A stretch of 54,581 bases of DNA from an uncultured Candidatus Saccharibacteria bacterium. GTDB lineage: Bacteria > Patescibacteriota > Minisyncoccia > JAHIHE01 > JAGLIN01. The stretch is from assembly GCA_964503935.1 (NCBI GenBank), contig CAZDCJ010000001.1, positions 1-54,581 on the forward strand, given 5' to 3'. Positions 45,568 to 54,161 of this stretch are shown here, piece after piece. Each line of letters starts with the position of its first letter. The first letter of the stretch is position 1. Both the position numbers and the translations under genes were made by a program. The notes below the pieces were generated by a model. The model worked only from the letters and a program-made list of their open reading frames with translations. It was not told the origin of the DNA and made no database searches.

Positions 45568-45693
45568 CCCGGAATCCTGAAGGGATATCCGGGATCTGCG
45601 TCTGTTTCAGGATCCTCGTTATATAAGGATTGAACATTATAAAATAATTCTGACGTAATATCACGAAGATGCTGAAACAAGTTCAGCATGACA
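45547..45693 (+). repeat. type A element with nested module
   Basis: TGTTATCCTGAACCATG[TCATCCCGGAATCCTGAAGGGATATCCGGGATCTGCG]TCTGTTTCAGGATCCTCG ... GAAGATGCTGAAACAAGTTCAGCATGACA. Confidence 0.75.
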
Positions 45694-45739
45694 AATCCGA
45701 AAGATGAAATTCGGGCAACACGTTTCAAAAGAAAGAGTG

Positions 45740-46171
45740 TTATCCTTCCACGATTTCAAACTCGATCTTGTCTCCGTGCTCGTCTTGGAGATCTCCCCAT
45801 GCCAACAGTATCTCTATGTTCGGATATTTGCTCAAGATGATTTCGCGCGCTTTCTCCATATCTTCGATCTGCTTGGTCTTTTCGTCCAGTTTGGAGACGA
45901 AATCATAGTCCTTCGCGTACGCCCCGCAGTCGCTGTGATGGAATATTATCACCCTCTCGGCATGATGCAAATCAGTCGAAACGCTCACTTGGCGAAGAAA
46001 AAAGTCCTTGATTTCCTCGCTTCCGTCCGCCAGGCTCTTGCTCGCGCCTGCCAGCGAGATGACGTCGAAACCGCCCTCGAAAAGACCGCTTTCATCCACC
46101 CATTCCATGAGTCCGTCCCGGAGACGGAAATCCATACAGCGGATAAGGAGATTCTTGCATTTGTGTGACAT
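45740..46171 (-). CDS. hypothetical protein with beta-carbonic-anhydrase-like CxDxR / HxxC motifs; distant paralog of 15771..16295
   Basis: 143 aa after trimming to MSHKCKN; the upstream 26 codons are repeat-encoded. Contains IRCMDFR ... SLAGASK ... IFHHSDCGAY. Confidence 0.5.
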   Translation of the reverse strand: MSHKCKNLLIRCMDFRLRDGLMEWVDESGLFEGGFDVISLAGASKSLADGSEEIKDFFLRQVSVSTDLHHAERVIIFHHSDCGAYAKDYDFVSKLDEKTKQIEDMEKAREIILSKYPNIEILLAWGDLQDEHGDKIEFEIVEG

Positions 46172-46203
46172 ATGAGTTTCATTAAAATCATTGAATATAA
46201 ATT

Positions 46204-46339
46204 TGTCATTCCGGGCTTGACCCGGAATCCACCTCGCCCATCGGTTCACTTTAACGATATGGACTGAATGAAATATATCGAGAATCCTGAGACAGACCTG
46301 ATCCCGGATATTTTGCCAAAGTAAAATTCCGGGATGACA
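46204..46339. repeat. MITE-like element type B
   Basis: TGTCATTCCGGGCTTGACCCGGAATCC ... AAATTCCGGGATGACA. Confidence 0.7.
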
Positions 46340-46358
46340 ATTCAGAATGCTATCCTAT

Positions 46359-47363
46359 TTACTGTATCGAATCCGCGACCATCTTGGCCATATCCACCAG
46401 GCGGCAGGAGTACCCATACTCATTGTCATACCAGGCGCAGACTTTGACAAGGCTACCCATGACGTTGGTAAGCGGAAGATCGACGATCGATGAGAGTGAG
46501 TTTCCGCGGAAATCGATAGAAACCAGCGGCTCATTCGTGACGCCTAAAATGCCCTTCATTTCGCCGTTCGCAGCCTCGTTAAATAGCCCGTTAAGCTCTT
46601 CTATCGAAGTCTCGCGCCTCAGAACCGCCGTAAAATCCACAATGGAGACTACTGGAGTCGGCACGCGCATCGCGTAGCCGTCGAGCTTCCCGTCGAGTTC
46701 GGAAATAGCCTTCCCTACCGCCTTAGCCGCATTGGTCGTGGTCGGAATGATAGAAACCGCCGCCGCGCGCGCCCTGCGGAAATCATCATGCGGCAGGTCG
46801 AGGATGCGCTGGTCATTGGTATAGCTGTGCACCGTGCTCATGAAGCCTTTCTCGACCCCGATCTTGTCATTAAGGACCTTCACGACCGGCGTGAGGCAGT
46901 TCGTAGTGCACGAGCCGTTGGAGACGATGTCGTGCACCGACGGATCGTAATCCTTCTCGTTGACTCCCATGATGAGGATCGGTATACCCTCTCCTTTGCC
47001 CGCGGCGCTGATCACGACCTTCTTCGCTCCCGCTTCAAGGTGTTTGCCGGCCTTTTCCTTGTCAAGAAAGAAACCCGTACATTCCAGTACTACATCCACG
47101 CCGAAATCCCTCCAGGGGAGGCTCGCTGGATCCTTTTCCGCGAATACGCGTATTGCCTTTCCGTCCACGAAGATATTCTGCTCATCGGAAGTTATTTCCT
47201 TTCCGTAGACTCCGTAATTGGAATCGTATTTGAGAAGATGCGCCAAAGTCTTGGTGTCTGTGAGGTCGTTCACTGCCACGATCTCAAGATCCGGATTATC
47301 AAAAGCGATACGGAATGAGATCCTGCCGATGCGTCCGAAACCGTTGATTGCGATTTTTTTCAT
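46359..47363 (-). CDS. gap: type I glyceraldehyde-3-phosphate dehydrogenase
   Basis: 334 aa with INGFGRIGR, SCTTNCL and WYDNE. Confidence 0.97.
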   Translation of the reverse strand: MKKIAINGFGRIGRISFRIAFDNPDLEIVAVNDLTDTKTLAHLLKYDSNYGVYGKEITSDEQNIFVDGKAIRVFAEKDPASLPWRDFGVDVVLECTGFFLDKEKAGKHLEAGAKKVVISAAGKGEGIPILIMGVNEKDYDPSVHDIVSNGSCTTNCLTPVVKVLNDKIGVEKGFMSTVHSYTNDQRILDLPHDDFRRARAAAVSIIPTTTNAAKAVGKAISELDGKLDGYAMRVPTPVVSIVDFTAVLRRETSIEELNGLFNEAANGEMKGILGVTNEPLVSIDFRGNSLSSIVDLPLTNVMGSLVKVCAWYDNEYGYSCRLVDMAKMVADSIQ

Positions 47364-47506
47364 AGAAAAATGACTTAAGATTAAAAGCTGATACGCCCTC
47401 CGTCCTGGATGAATTATACTCTTTTTTTAGCAAAAAACCTATAGCCGATCCCCTGCCGGCCGGAATAAAAAACCGACCAATGATCGGTTTTTTTCTCCTC
47501 TTCCGA

Positions 47507-48430
47507 TTACTCCAGATGCATGCTCGCTATCATGTCTTCGTCATAGATACCCCCTTCATCAGAGAACAACATCCCTTCCTTGGGAAGCAGGGCATAAACC
47601 AGCCTGTTATGAGAAGGATTGTAGAGTATGTCCGTAACTTTGGTCGTAGCGCAAACAAGCTTATTTCCCCTCTTGTCCGTGCCTTCGGTATTAGCGATTT
47701 TCAGCTTATAAAGCCCCTCCCGACCTTCCAGCTCCGTCTTTCCTGAAAGCACGCAACCGCTACCAAAGGTCTCCGCGAGAAAGTTATTAAGTCTCGCCGT
47801 ATCCTCTATCTTCACCGAACGCAAGGCGATTCCGAGCTTGGGATTACCGAGAGGAGGTATGCCGACACCGCGGTCCGTACCTTTTATTTCCAGCCTGATG
47901 AGAGAAATCGAATAGTATCTCTTCCGGCAATCGTTTATCCCGTCGCCATCAGTATCGGAGAGATTCGGATCGCCTTCATCGATGGGGTCATCCTCTTCGA
48001 AAGTGATATCACCCGACTTGTCCCGGAGCTCTTCATTGCTAGGCGTGTATTTCTCATAGAAATATTCCGGCACCACGAATACCGCGTGCGAATCTGAGTC
48101 CTTCAGAGTAACGACAGGTACCTCGAATTTCCTTTCCAGGCAATAATCCGTTCCCAGGACATTCTGCGGCACATTCAACGCGAACCCGTAGTCGACATTG
48201 CGATAATACCTCCAGTCCGCCGGTTCGGCGATATTGTCCAGATTCTGTTCCATGAGGTCCGATGACGGCGTAAATGAGCTGCTCGAGGCGGTCACTTCGT
48301 CCCAATCAGTGCCCTTGGAGGTGCTGGTTTCTGTCTCTTGGGACGCTTTCCACTGTCCGTAGAGATAGTACGCCCCGTAGAAGAATCCGGCAGCGACAAG
48401 GAACATCAAGACGCTTTTTATTTTTCCCAT
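47507..48430 (-). CDS. hypothetical N-terminally anchored secreted protein with one DxDGDG Ca-binding motif
   Basis: 307 aa with TM segment VLMFLVAAGFFYGAYYL and the motif SDTDGDGINDC. Confidence 0.62.
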   Translation of the reverse strand: MGKIKSVLMFLVAAGFFYGAYYLYGQWKASQETETSTSKGTDWDEVTASSSSFTPSSDLMEQNLDNIAEPADWRYYRNVDYGFALNVPQNVLGTDYCLERKFEVPVVTLKDSDSHAVFVVPEYFYEKYTPSNEELRDKSGDITFEEDDPIDEGDPNLSDTDGDGINDCRKRYYSISLIRLEIKGTDRGVGIPPLGNPKLGIALRSVKIEDTARLNNFLAETFGSGCVLSGKTELEGREGLYKLKIANTEGTDKRGNKLVCATTKVTDILYNPSHNRLVYALLPKEGMLFSDEGGIYDEDMIASMHLE

Positions 48431-48646
48431 ATTTCGGATTACGGATTAATATGGCAAACCTTCGTATCTGAACCTTATTATACTATAAGACTTCAGAAAT
48501 AAAACCAGTATGAAATATTAATGAAAATCTTGTCCCAAGTAAGAGATTCCTCGCGGAGTTTATCCTTGGTAAGCCAAGGGCTCGGAATGACAAAAAAGTA
48601 TTATCATAAGAAGTAAACATGACACGGCTCTATATGTAAATCCCTC

Positions 48647-49420
48647 CTATTTCGCGAACTTCCTCACTATCTCCATGAATTCTCTCGCCTGGAGAGACGC
48701 GCCGCCGACAAGCAGCCCTCTCATGCCGGTCTTATCCACCATGTCGAAGCAATTGTCACTCGTCACGCTGCCCCCGTAAAGGATCGGGGTCATCTCGGCG
48801 ATTTCCCGGCCGTAAGTCTTGTTGATTATCTTCTTGATGAGAAGCTCGACGCTCATGAGATCGTCCACCCCGGGCGTAAGTCCGGAACCGATGGCCCAGA
48901 CCGGCTCATAGGCGATAAGCAGCTTGCCCCCCGCGCTGCCGGCGGGAATATCCTTGAAAGCCTTTTCCAGCTGGCCGATGATGACATCGCCCGCATCCCC
49001 CCTGCGGCGCTCTTCCAGCGTCTCGCCGATGCAGAGGATCGGCCGCAGCCCTCCCGCGAGGGAGGCATTCAGCTTGAGATTGACCATCTCGTCGGTCTCT
49101 CCCAGGAATTTGCGCCGCTCCGAATGCCCGACGATGACATATCTCACCCCCAACCGGCGAAGCATCTCCACTGAGATTTCCCCGGTATAAGCGCCGCGGC
49201 TCTCCCAGAAGACGTCCTGCGCCCCCAGCCGTACCTTGCCATCGGGATCGAAATCGGAAAGAAAGATATACGGCATGCAGACGACTGTCTCCGCTTCACC
49301 GCCTTCCAGCCTATAGGCATCGTTCTCTACCTCGTCAAAGAGAGTCTGCGCGTCATCGAGCGACGGCGGATTCATCTTCCAATTGCCCACGATATAGATC
49401 TTTTCTTTTTCCGGAGTCAT
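48647..49420 (-). CDS. tpiA: triose-phosphate isomerase
   Basis: 257 aa with GNWKMN, VGHSERR and AYEPVWAIG. Confidence 0.96.
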   Translation of the reverse strand: MTPEKEKIYIVGNWKMNPPSLDDAQTLFDEVENDAYRLEGGEAETVVCMPYIFLSDFDPDGKVRLGAQDVFWESRGAYTGEISVEMLRRLGVRYVIVGHSERRKFLGETDEMVNLKLNASLAGGLRPILCIGETLEERRRGDAGDVIIGQLEKAFKDIPAGSAGGKLLIAYEPVWAIGSGLTPGVDDLMSVELLIKKIINKTYGREIAEMTPILYGGSVTSDNCFDMVDKTGMRGLLVGGASLQAREFMEIVRKFAK

Positions 49421-49742
49421 TTGATTTGAGTTAGGATTTGAACGTAATTGTCATTCCCGCCCCGATCTTCATCAGAGCCTGCCCAGGGCCAAAATCGGGG
49501 GATAAACTCCGGCCCCGCGCGGAGTTTATCCCGGACTTGATCCGGGGCCATGGCTTCCAGCGTAGCACAGACGGGAATCCAGGATTCAACACACCCCGGC
49601 GCCGCTACGCTTTGGCGAGGCGAGCCCCTCTCAAGGGGGGGGGAGCTAACGCCTTATATGATATTTATTCTGTATTATTCCCAAAAAACCATTTTTGTCA
49701 TTTCGAGCATCGCGAGAAATCTATGAAAAGACGCGATTTCCG

Positions 49743-49776
49743 GATCTCTCAGTCGCACCGCTCCTTCGAGATGGCA
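49743..49776 (-). repeat. inverted copy of the 17469 module arm
   Basis: GATCTCTCAGTCGCACCGCTCCTTCGAGATGGCA is the reverse complement of TGTCATCTCGAAGGAGCAATGCGACTGAGAGATC with 3 mismatches. Confidence 0.65.
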
Positions 49777-49831
49777 GATAAGAATCGAACTTATCTGAAT
49801 GCCTGATAGACGACACGATAAAGGATTCCTC

Positions 49832-51088
49832 TTATAGATTCCTCCTCGATTTTTCCGCCTTGGCTACCCGTTCCACCGCGATGGCATAAGCCGCGAGCCG
49901 CATGGAGCAATCCGCCGTGCAGCACTTCTTGTTCCACACCTCGTCGAAAGCATCCTCGATGATAGTCTTGAGGCGCGAGATGTTCTCCTTCTCGCTCCAA
50001 TAATAATTCTGCAGGTTCTGCACCCACTCGAAATAGCTCACAATTACCCCGCCGGCATTGGCGAGGATATCAGGCACGATCGTCACGCCCTTCTTCTCCA
50101 GCATCTTATCGGCCTCCGGAGTCACCGGCCCGTTTGCCAGTTCCACGATGAGCTTGGCCTTGATCTTATCCGCATTCTTCTCCGTGATGACATTTTCCAG
50201 CGCCGCAGGCATGAGCACATCAACATCGAGCTCCAGAAGTTCTTCGTTGGTGATCTTGCGCGTCTTGGGATATCCCACCACGCTGCCGGTAGATTCCTTG
50301 TATCTTAGTACGTCTTTTGCACTAAGAGTCGTCTGTTCATCGTCATCGAGGACGATGCCGCCCTGCGAATCGGAGACTGCAACCACGTTATAGCCTAGTG
50401 CTACCAAGATATCGGCGGCGAAGTATCCCACATTGCCGAATCCCTGGATAGCTATCTTGAGCTTCTTAGGATCCAGCTCCAGCTTCTCTATGATCTTCCC
50501 GAATACGTATACCCCGCCCTGGGAAGTGGAAAATTTCCTTCCCCGCGTCCCGCCGACTTCGATCGGCTTGCCAGTCACTACGCCGGGGACATTATAACCT
50601 CTCATCGCGCTGAATTCGTCCATCATCCACGCCATGATCTGGGGATCGGTGTTGACGTCCGGCGCCGGGATATCCTTGTCCGGCCCGATGACATCACAGA
50701 GCGCCCGCACATATCCGCGCGACAGCCTCTCCAGCTCCCCTTGCGAGAGCTTCTTCACATCCACGACCACTCCGCCCTTTCCGCCACCATAAGGGATGCC
50801 GACCACCGAGCATTTCCAAGTCATCCACGCCGAAAGCGCCTTCACTTCCGACAGATCGACGTCGGGATGGAAGCGTATACCGCCCTTGAATGGACCGAGG
50901 GCGTCATTATATTGGGAACGGTATCCTTTGAAGACCTGGATCTTGCCCGAGTCCATCCGGACCGGGATGCTGACGGTCACGATCTTCTTGGGATGCCGGA
51001 GTATCTCCAGCGTGGACTCGTCGATATCTATGACCTTCGAGACGTTATCGAGCTGCTTCAGTGCATTCTTGAATGCATCGCTTTTCAT
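49832..51088 (-). CDS. gdhA: Glu/Leu/Phe/Val-family dehydrogenase, glutamate dehydrogenase-like
   Basis: 418 aa with KGGIRFHP, GGGKGG and the dinucleotide fold GFGNVG. Confidence 0.93.
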   Translation of the reverse strand: MKSDAFKNALKQLDNVSKVIDIDESTLEILRHPKKIVTVSIPVRMDSGKIQVFKGYRSQYNDALGPFKGGIRFHPDVDLSEVKALSAWMTWKCSVVGIPYGGGKGGVVVDVKKLSQGELERLSRGYVRALCDVIGPDKDIPAPDVNTDPQIMAWMMDEFSAMRGYNVPGVVTGKPIEVGGTRGRKFSTSQGGVYVFGKIIEKLELDPKKLKIAIQGFGNVGYFAADILVALGYNVVAVSDSQGGIVLDDDEQTTLSAKDVLRYKESTGSVVGYPKTRKITNEELLELDVDVLMPAALENVITEKNADKIKAKLIVELANGPVTPEADKMLEKKGVTIVPDILANAGGVIVSYFEWVQNLQNYYWSEKENISRLKTIIEDAFDEVWNKKCCTADCSMRLAAYAIAVERVAKAEKSRRNL

Positions 51089-51148
51089 ACTATATATTTA
51101 TGCCGGATTAACTTATCGATTCGGATTACCTTCATCTCAGGAGATAAA

Positions 51149-52072
51149 CTATTCGGTCTTGAGGAAATTATACGCGCTCGACGCGCTGATCATCCCTTCC
51201 GCGCTTGCCGAAAGGATCTGCCGGATGCCATTACTGCCGCTACTAACATCGCCAGCCGCGAAGATTCCCGCGACGTTGGTCGCGCACGCCGCGTCCACTA
51301 CGATGTGCCCCGCTTCGTCAGTATCCACGCCTATATCCCGAAGCAGCACGCCGTTGGGAATCATGCCTATCTCCACGAAGATCCCGTCAAGCGGAAGTTC
51401 TCCGCTCCCCTGGTATTCCTTGTCGAGAAGCAGCTTCTCCACCTTCTTATCTCCCCTGATCTCCTTTATACTATATCCCGCCAAAATATCGATCCGGGGC
51501 TCCGCCTTCGCCCGCTCTATCATCACCGGCTCCGCGCGGAAATTATCACTGCGATGGATAAGGTACACCTTCGCGGCATGTTCGGATAGCATCATCGCCG
51601 CCATAAACGCCGAATTGCCGCCACCCGCGACCGCAACCGTCTTACCTTTGAAGAAAGCTCCGTCACAGATCGCGCAGTAGCTCACGCCGCTTCCTAAGAA
51701 TTCCTCTTCCCCGGGGATGCCGAGCCTGCGCTCCTTGGTGCCGGACGAGATGATGACCGTACGCGCTTCCAGATCCTTGTTCTGCGAGGTCTTTATCTTG
51801 AATATATCGCCTTCCCTCGCGATCGCCACCATATCTTCCGGCAGGATCTCCGCCCCTAGCGAGACGGCATGCTCATAGAATCTGTTAAGCAGGTCAAAGC
51901 CGCCGATAGATTTCTCCCCCGGCCAATTCTCGATGGCGTGCGCTTTGCCGAGCGCGCTGCCGCACATGTCCCCCAGCACCAGATGGTTGATCTTATAGCG
52001 GGAAGCATAGATGGAAGCGGTGAGGCCGGCCGGTCCGGCACCGACTATTATGAGGTCATACATATCTTTCAT
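51149..52072 (-). CDS. trxB: thioredoxin-disulfide reductase
   Basis: 307 aa with IVGAGPAG, redox-active CAIC, GGGNSA and GD. Confidence 0.94.
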   Translation of the reverse strand: MKDMYDLIIVGAGPAGLTASIYASRYKINHLVLGDMCGSALGKAHAIENWPGEKSIGGFDLLNRFYEHAVSLGAEILPEDMVAIAREGDIFKIKTSQNKDLEARTVIISSGTKERRLGIPGEEEFLGSGVSYCAICDGAFFKGKTVAVAGGGNSAFMAAMMLSEHAAKVYLIHRSDNFRAEPVMIERAKAEPRIDILAGYSIKEIRGDKKVEKLLLDKEYQGSGELPLDGIFVEIGMIPNGVLLRDIGVDTDEAGHIVVDAACATNVAGIFAAGDVSSGSNGIRQILSASAEGMISASSAYNFLKTE

Positions 52073-52152
52073 TTACATTTATAAGACAAAAGGAGGCTGG
52101 ATCTCACGAGCCTGAAGAAACTCCGAAAGATCGCCCTCCTGCTCAACGTTCA

Positions 52153-52297
52153 TGTCATTCCGGATATTTTGCAGTAACAAAATATCCGGAATCCCGTGAT
52201 TCCTCGAAATGGATTATCTTAACCGTATATTTATGATAATGCCTATCCGCCCAAGACAGGTACCCCGGCTATTTCCTGCGGGAATTCCAGGATGACA
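52153..52297. repeat. MITE-like element type B
   Basis: TGTCATTCCGGATATTTTGCAGTAACAAAATATCCGGAATCC ... GGAATTCCAGGATGACA. Confidence 0.7.
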
Positions 52298-52334
52298 CAG
52301 GATAAGATATCCGCAAAAAATCAAAGGTTATCGC

Positions 52335-52526
52335 TTATTCCTCCGTCACCCTGATCGCTCCGACCGGACAACTGTTCGCTGCCACTTCCACATCACTGCC
52401 GGAACCGGTAGGGTCGAGCACTTCCGACTTGCCTTCGTCTCCTATGGAAAATACCTTCGGACAAAGATTAGCGCACGCGCCACACCCGATACAAAGTTCC
52501 TGGTCCACCGTGACTTTTTTTGCCAT
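52335..52526 (-). CDS. small [4Fe-4S]/[3Fe-4S] ferredoxin
   Basis: 63 aa with CIGCGACANLCP and a distal CPVGAI. It lies 12 nt downstream of trxA. Confidence 0.8.
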   Translation of the reverse strand: MAKKVTVDQELCIGCGACANLCPKVFSIGDEGKSEVLDPTGSGSDVEVAANSCPVGAIRVTEE

Positions 52527-52538
52527 ATTTTTACCTTA

Positions 52539-52859
52539 TCAACTGATTAAGCCTTTTATCTTGCTTATGAGCACCTCTTTGGGCTGAAGCCCGACCATCT
52601 CGTCGATTACCTGCCCATCCTTGAAGAATTTTAATGCCGGAATGCTCAGGATCTCGTATTTTCCCGCCAGGTTAGGATTCTCATCCACATTCACCTTGCA
52701 AACGACGAGCTTCCCTTCGAATTCCTTCGCGATCCCTTCAAGGACCGGACCCATCATCCTGCACGGTCCGCACCACGGCGCCCAGAAATCCACCAGCACC
52801 ACGCCGGGGTTCTTGAGGACCTCCTGTTCGAAGTTTCCTTCACTTATATCCATCTCCAT
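52539..52859 (-). CDS. trxA: thioredoxin
   Basis: 106 aa counted from the ATG preceded by AAGGAG. The ORF-track version carries a 19-codon extension. Active site is WAPWCGPC. Confidence 0.93.
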   Translation of the reverse strand: MEMDISEGNFEQEVLKNPGVVLVDFWAPWCGPCRMMGPVLEGIAKEFEGKLVVCKVNVDENPNLAGKYEILSIPALKFFKDGQVIDEMVGLQPKEVLISKIKGLIS

Positions 52860-53010
52860 ATGTTTATCTCCTTTTTTAAATTCCGACTGCGCTTTGCCGC
52901 GATAGTGCCAAGGCAACGATAGAGAAACTGCGAGAGCCGGAATCCATATTTAGATTGGTTAAACTATGTTATAATCCACATAAGCTAATAATATAATATT
53001 TGGAAAAAAG

Positions 53011-54081
53011 ATGCAAACGAAAAAGCGGGTGGTTATCGTTGGCGCGGGGCCTGGGGGTTTAAGCGCAGCGTCTGAATTGGCAAAGAACAAAGGATACGAA
53101 GTGACTGTCCTTGAAAAGAACGCCAGACCTAGCTACAAGGTGTGCGGCGGGGGGATACATCCCGATTTCATCAAGGGGTACGTCTCGCCAGACATCATGG
53201 ACCGCGAATTCGAAAGTATGATTCTCAAGACTCCGAAGACGTCCTTCGCGATGGAATATGGCAAGCAAGTCTTCGTCGGCACATTGAACCGCCAACGGCT
53301 TAATGAAAGGCTGACGGAGAAGGCACGCTCTGCCGGGGCAGCCGTGCTCTTTGATAAGAGCGTCAAGGAAATACAGGAGGACAAGGTCGTCACTGATGAC
53401 GGCGGAGAATTCCCCTTCGATTACCTGATCGGTGCGGACGGCGCGACCTCAATCGTAAGGAAGAGTCTCGGCCTCCCCACCGAGGAATTCCTCGTGGCTT
53501 ACCAATATATGATTCCGGGAGATTATCAGAATATAGAGATGCATCTGGATTTCAAGAAATTCGGCATCACCTACAGCTGGATATTCCCCCAGAAAGGCGT
53601 CGTCTCGGTAGGCACCGGCTACGCCGCGGCTGAAAAAAAATCGCCGGAGGAGATCAAGCGGCTGCGTGAGAATTTCGACACCTGGTGCAAGGAACGCTTC
53701 TCGCTCGAAGGCGCGCGCTTCGAAGGGTTCACTATCAACTACGACTACCGCGGCTTCGAATTCGGCAATATATATCTCTGCGGCGACGCAGGAGGATTCG
53801 CCTCCGGTCTCACCGGCGAAGGTATGAAGCCCGCCATCCTGACCGGCATCGACATCGCACGCCGGATCCAAGACCCGAAGTACAAGTGTGAAGGCATCAA
53901 GGCCTGCCTGGGAGTCAAGAAAAGGGAAGACGGCATCCTGCGCCTCCTTATAAACCCCCGCTGGGGCAGGATAGTCTCGCCTATCGCCTCTACGCTTTTC
54001 GACTTCACCTGGTTCAAGAAAGCGCTTTTCAAAACACTCGATTATAGGATAAAGCTTCCCCGCTTCCTAAACGGGAAGTGA
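53011..54081 (+). CDS. geranylgeranyl-reductase-family FAD-dependent oxidoreductase
   Basis: 356 aa with VVIVGAGPGGLSAA, GADG and GDAGGF. The substrate is not inferable. Confidence 0.78.
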   Translation: MQTKKRVVIVGAGPGGLSAASELAKNKGYEVTVLEKNARPSYKVCGGGIHPDFIKGYVSPDIMDREFESMILKTPKTSFAMEYGKQVFVGTLNRQRLNERLTEKARSAGAAVLFDKSVKEIQEDKVVTDDGGEFPFDYLIGADGATSIVRKSLGLPTEEFLVAYQYMIPGDYQNIEMHLDFKKFGITYSWIFPQKGVVSVGTGYAAAEKKSPEEIKRLRENFDTWCKERFSLEGARFEGFTINYDYRGFEFGNIYLCGDAGGFASGLTGEGMKPAILTGIDIARRIQDPKYKCEGIKACLGVKKREDGILRLLINPRWGRIVSPIASTLFDFTWFKKALFKTLDYRIKLPRFLNGK

Positions 54082-54097
54082 TTATCTCGTCCATGAT

Positions 54098-54124
54098 AAA
54101 AACCGGCTCCAAAGGCCGGTTTTT
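54098..54124. terminator. bidirectional rho-independent terminator
   Basis: AAAAACCGGC-TCCAAAG-GCCGGTTTTT between convergent genes. Confidence 0.65.
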
Positions 54125-54161
54125 GGAATAAGTCTCAAATCTGACTGGCGATGGGCGGAGT

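Noticed and set aside
10440-52300. Possibility that the recurring short repeats represent CRISPR arrays.
   Set aside because: The repeats are not regularly spaced direct repeats with unique spacers. They are palindromic, occur singly or nested in both orientations, and no cas genes are present.
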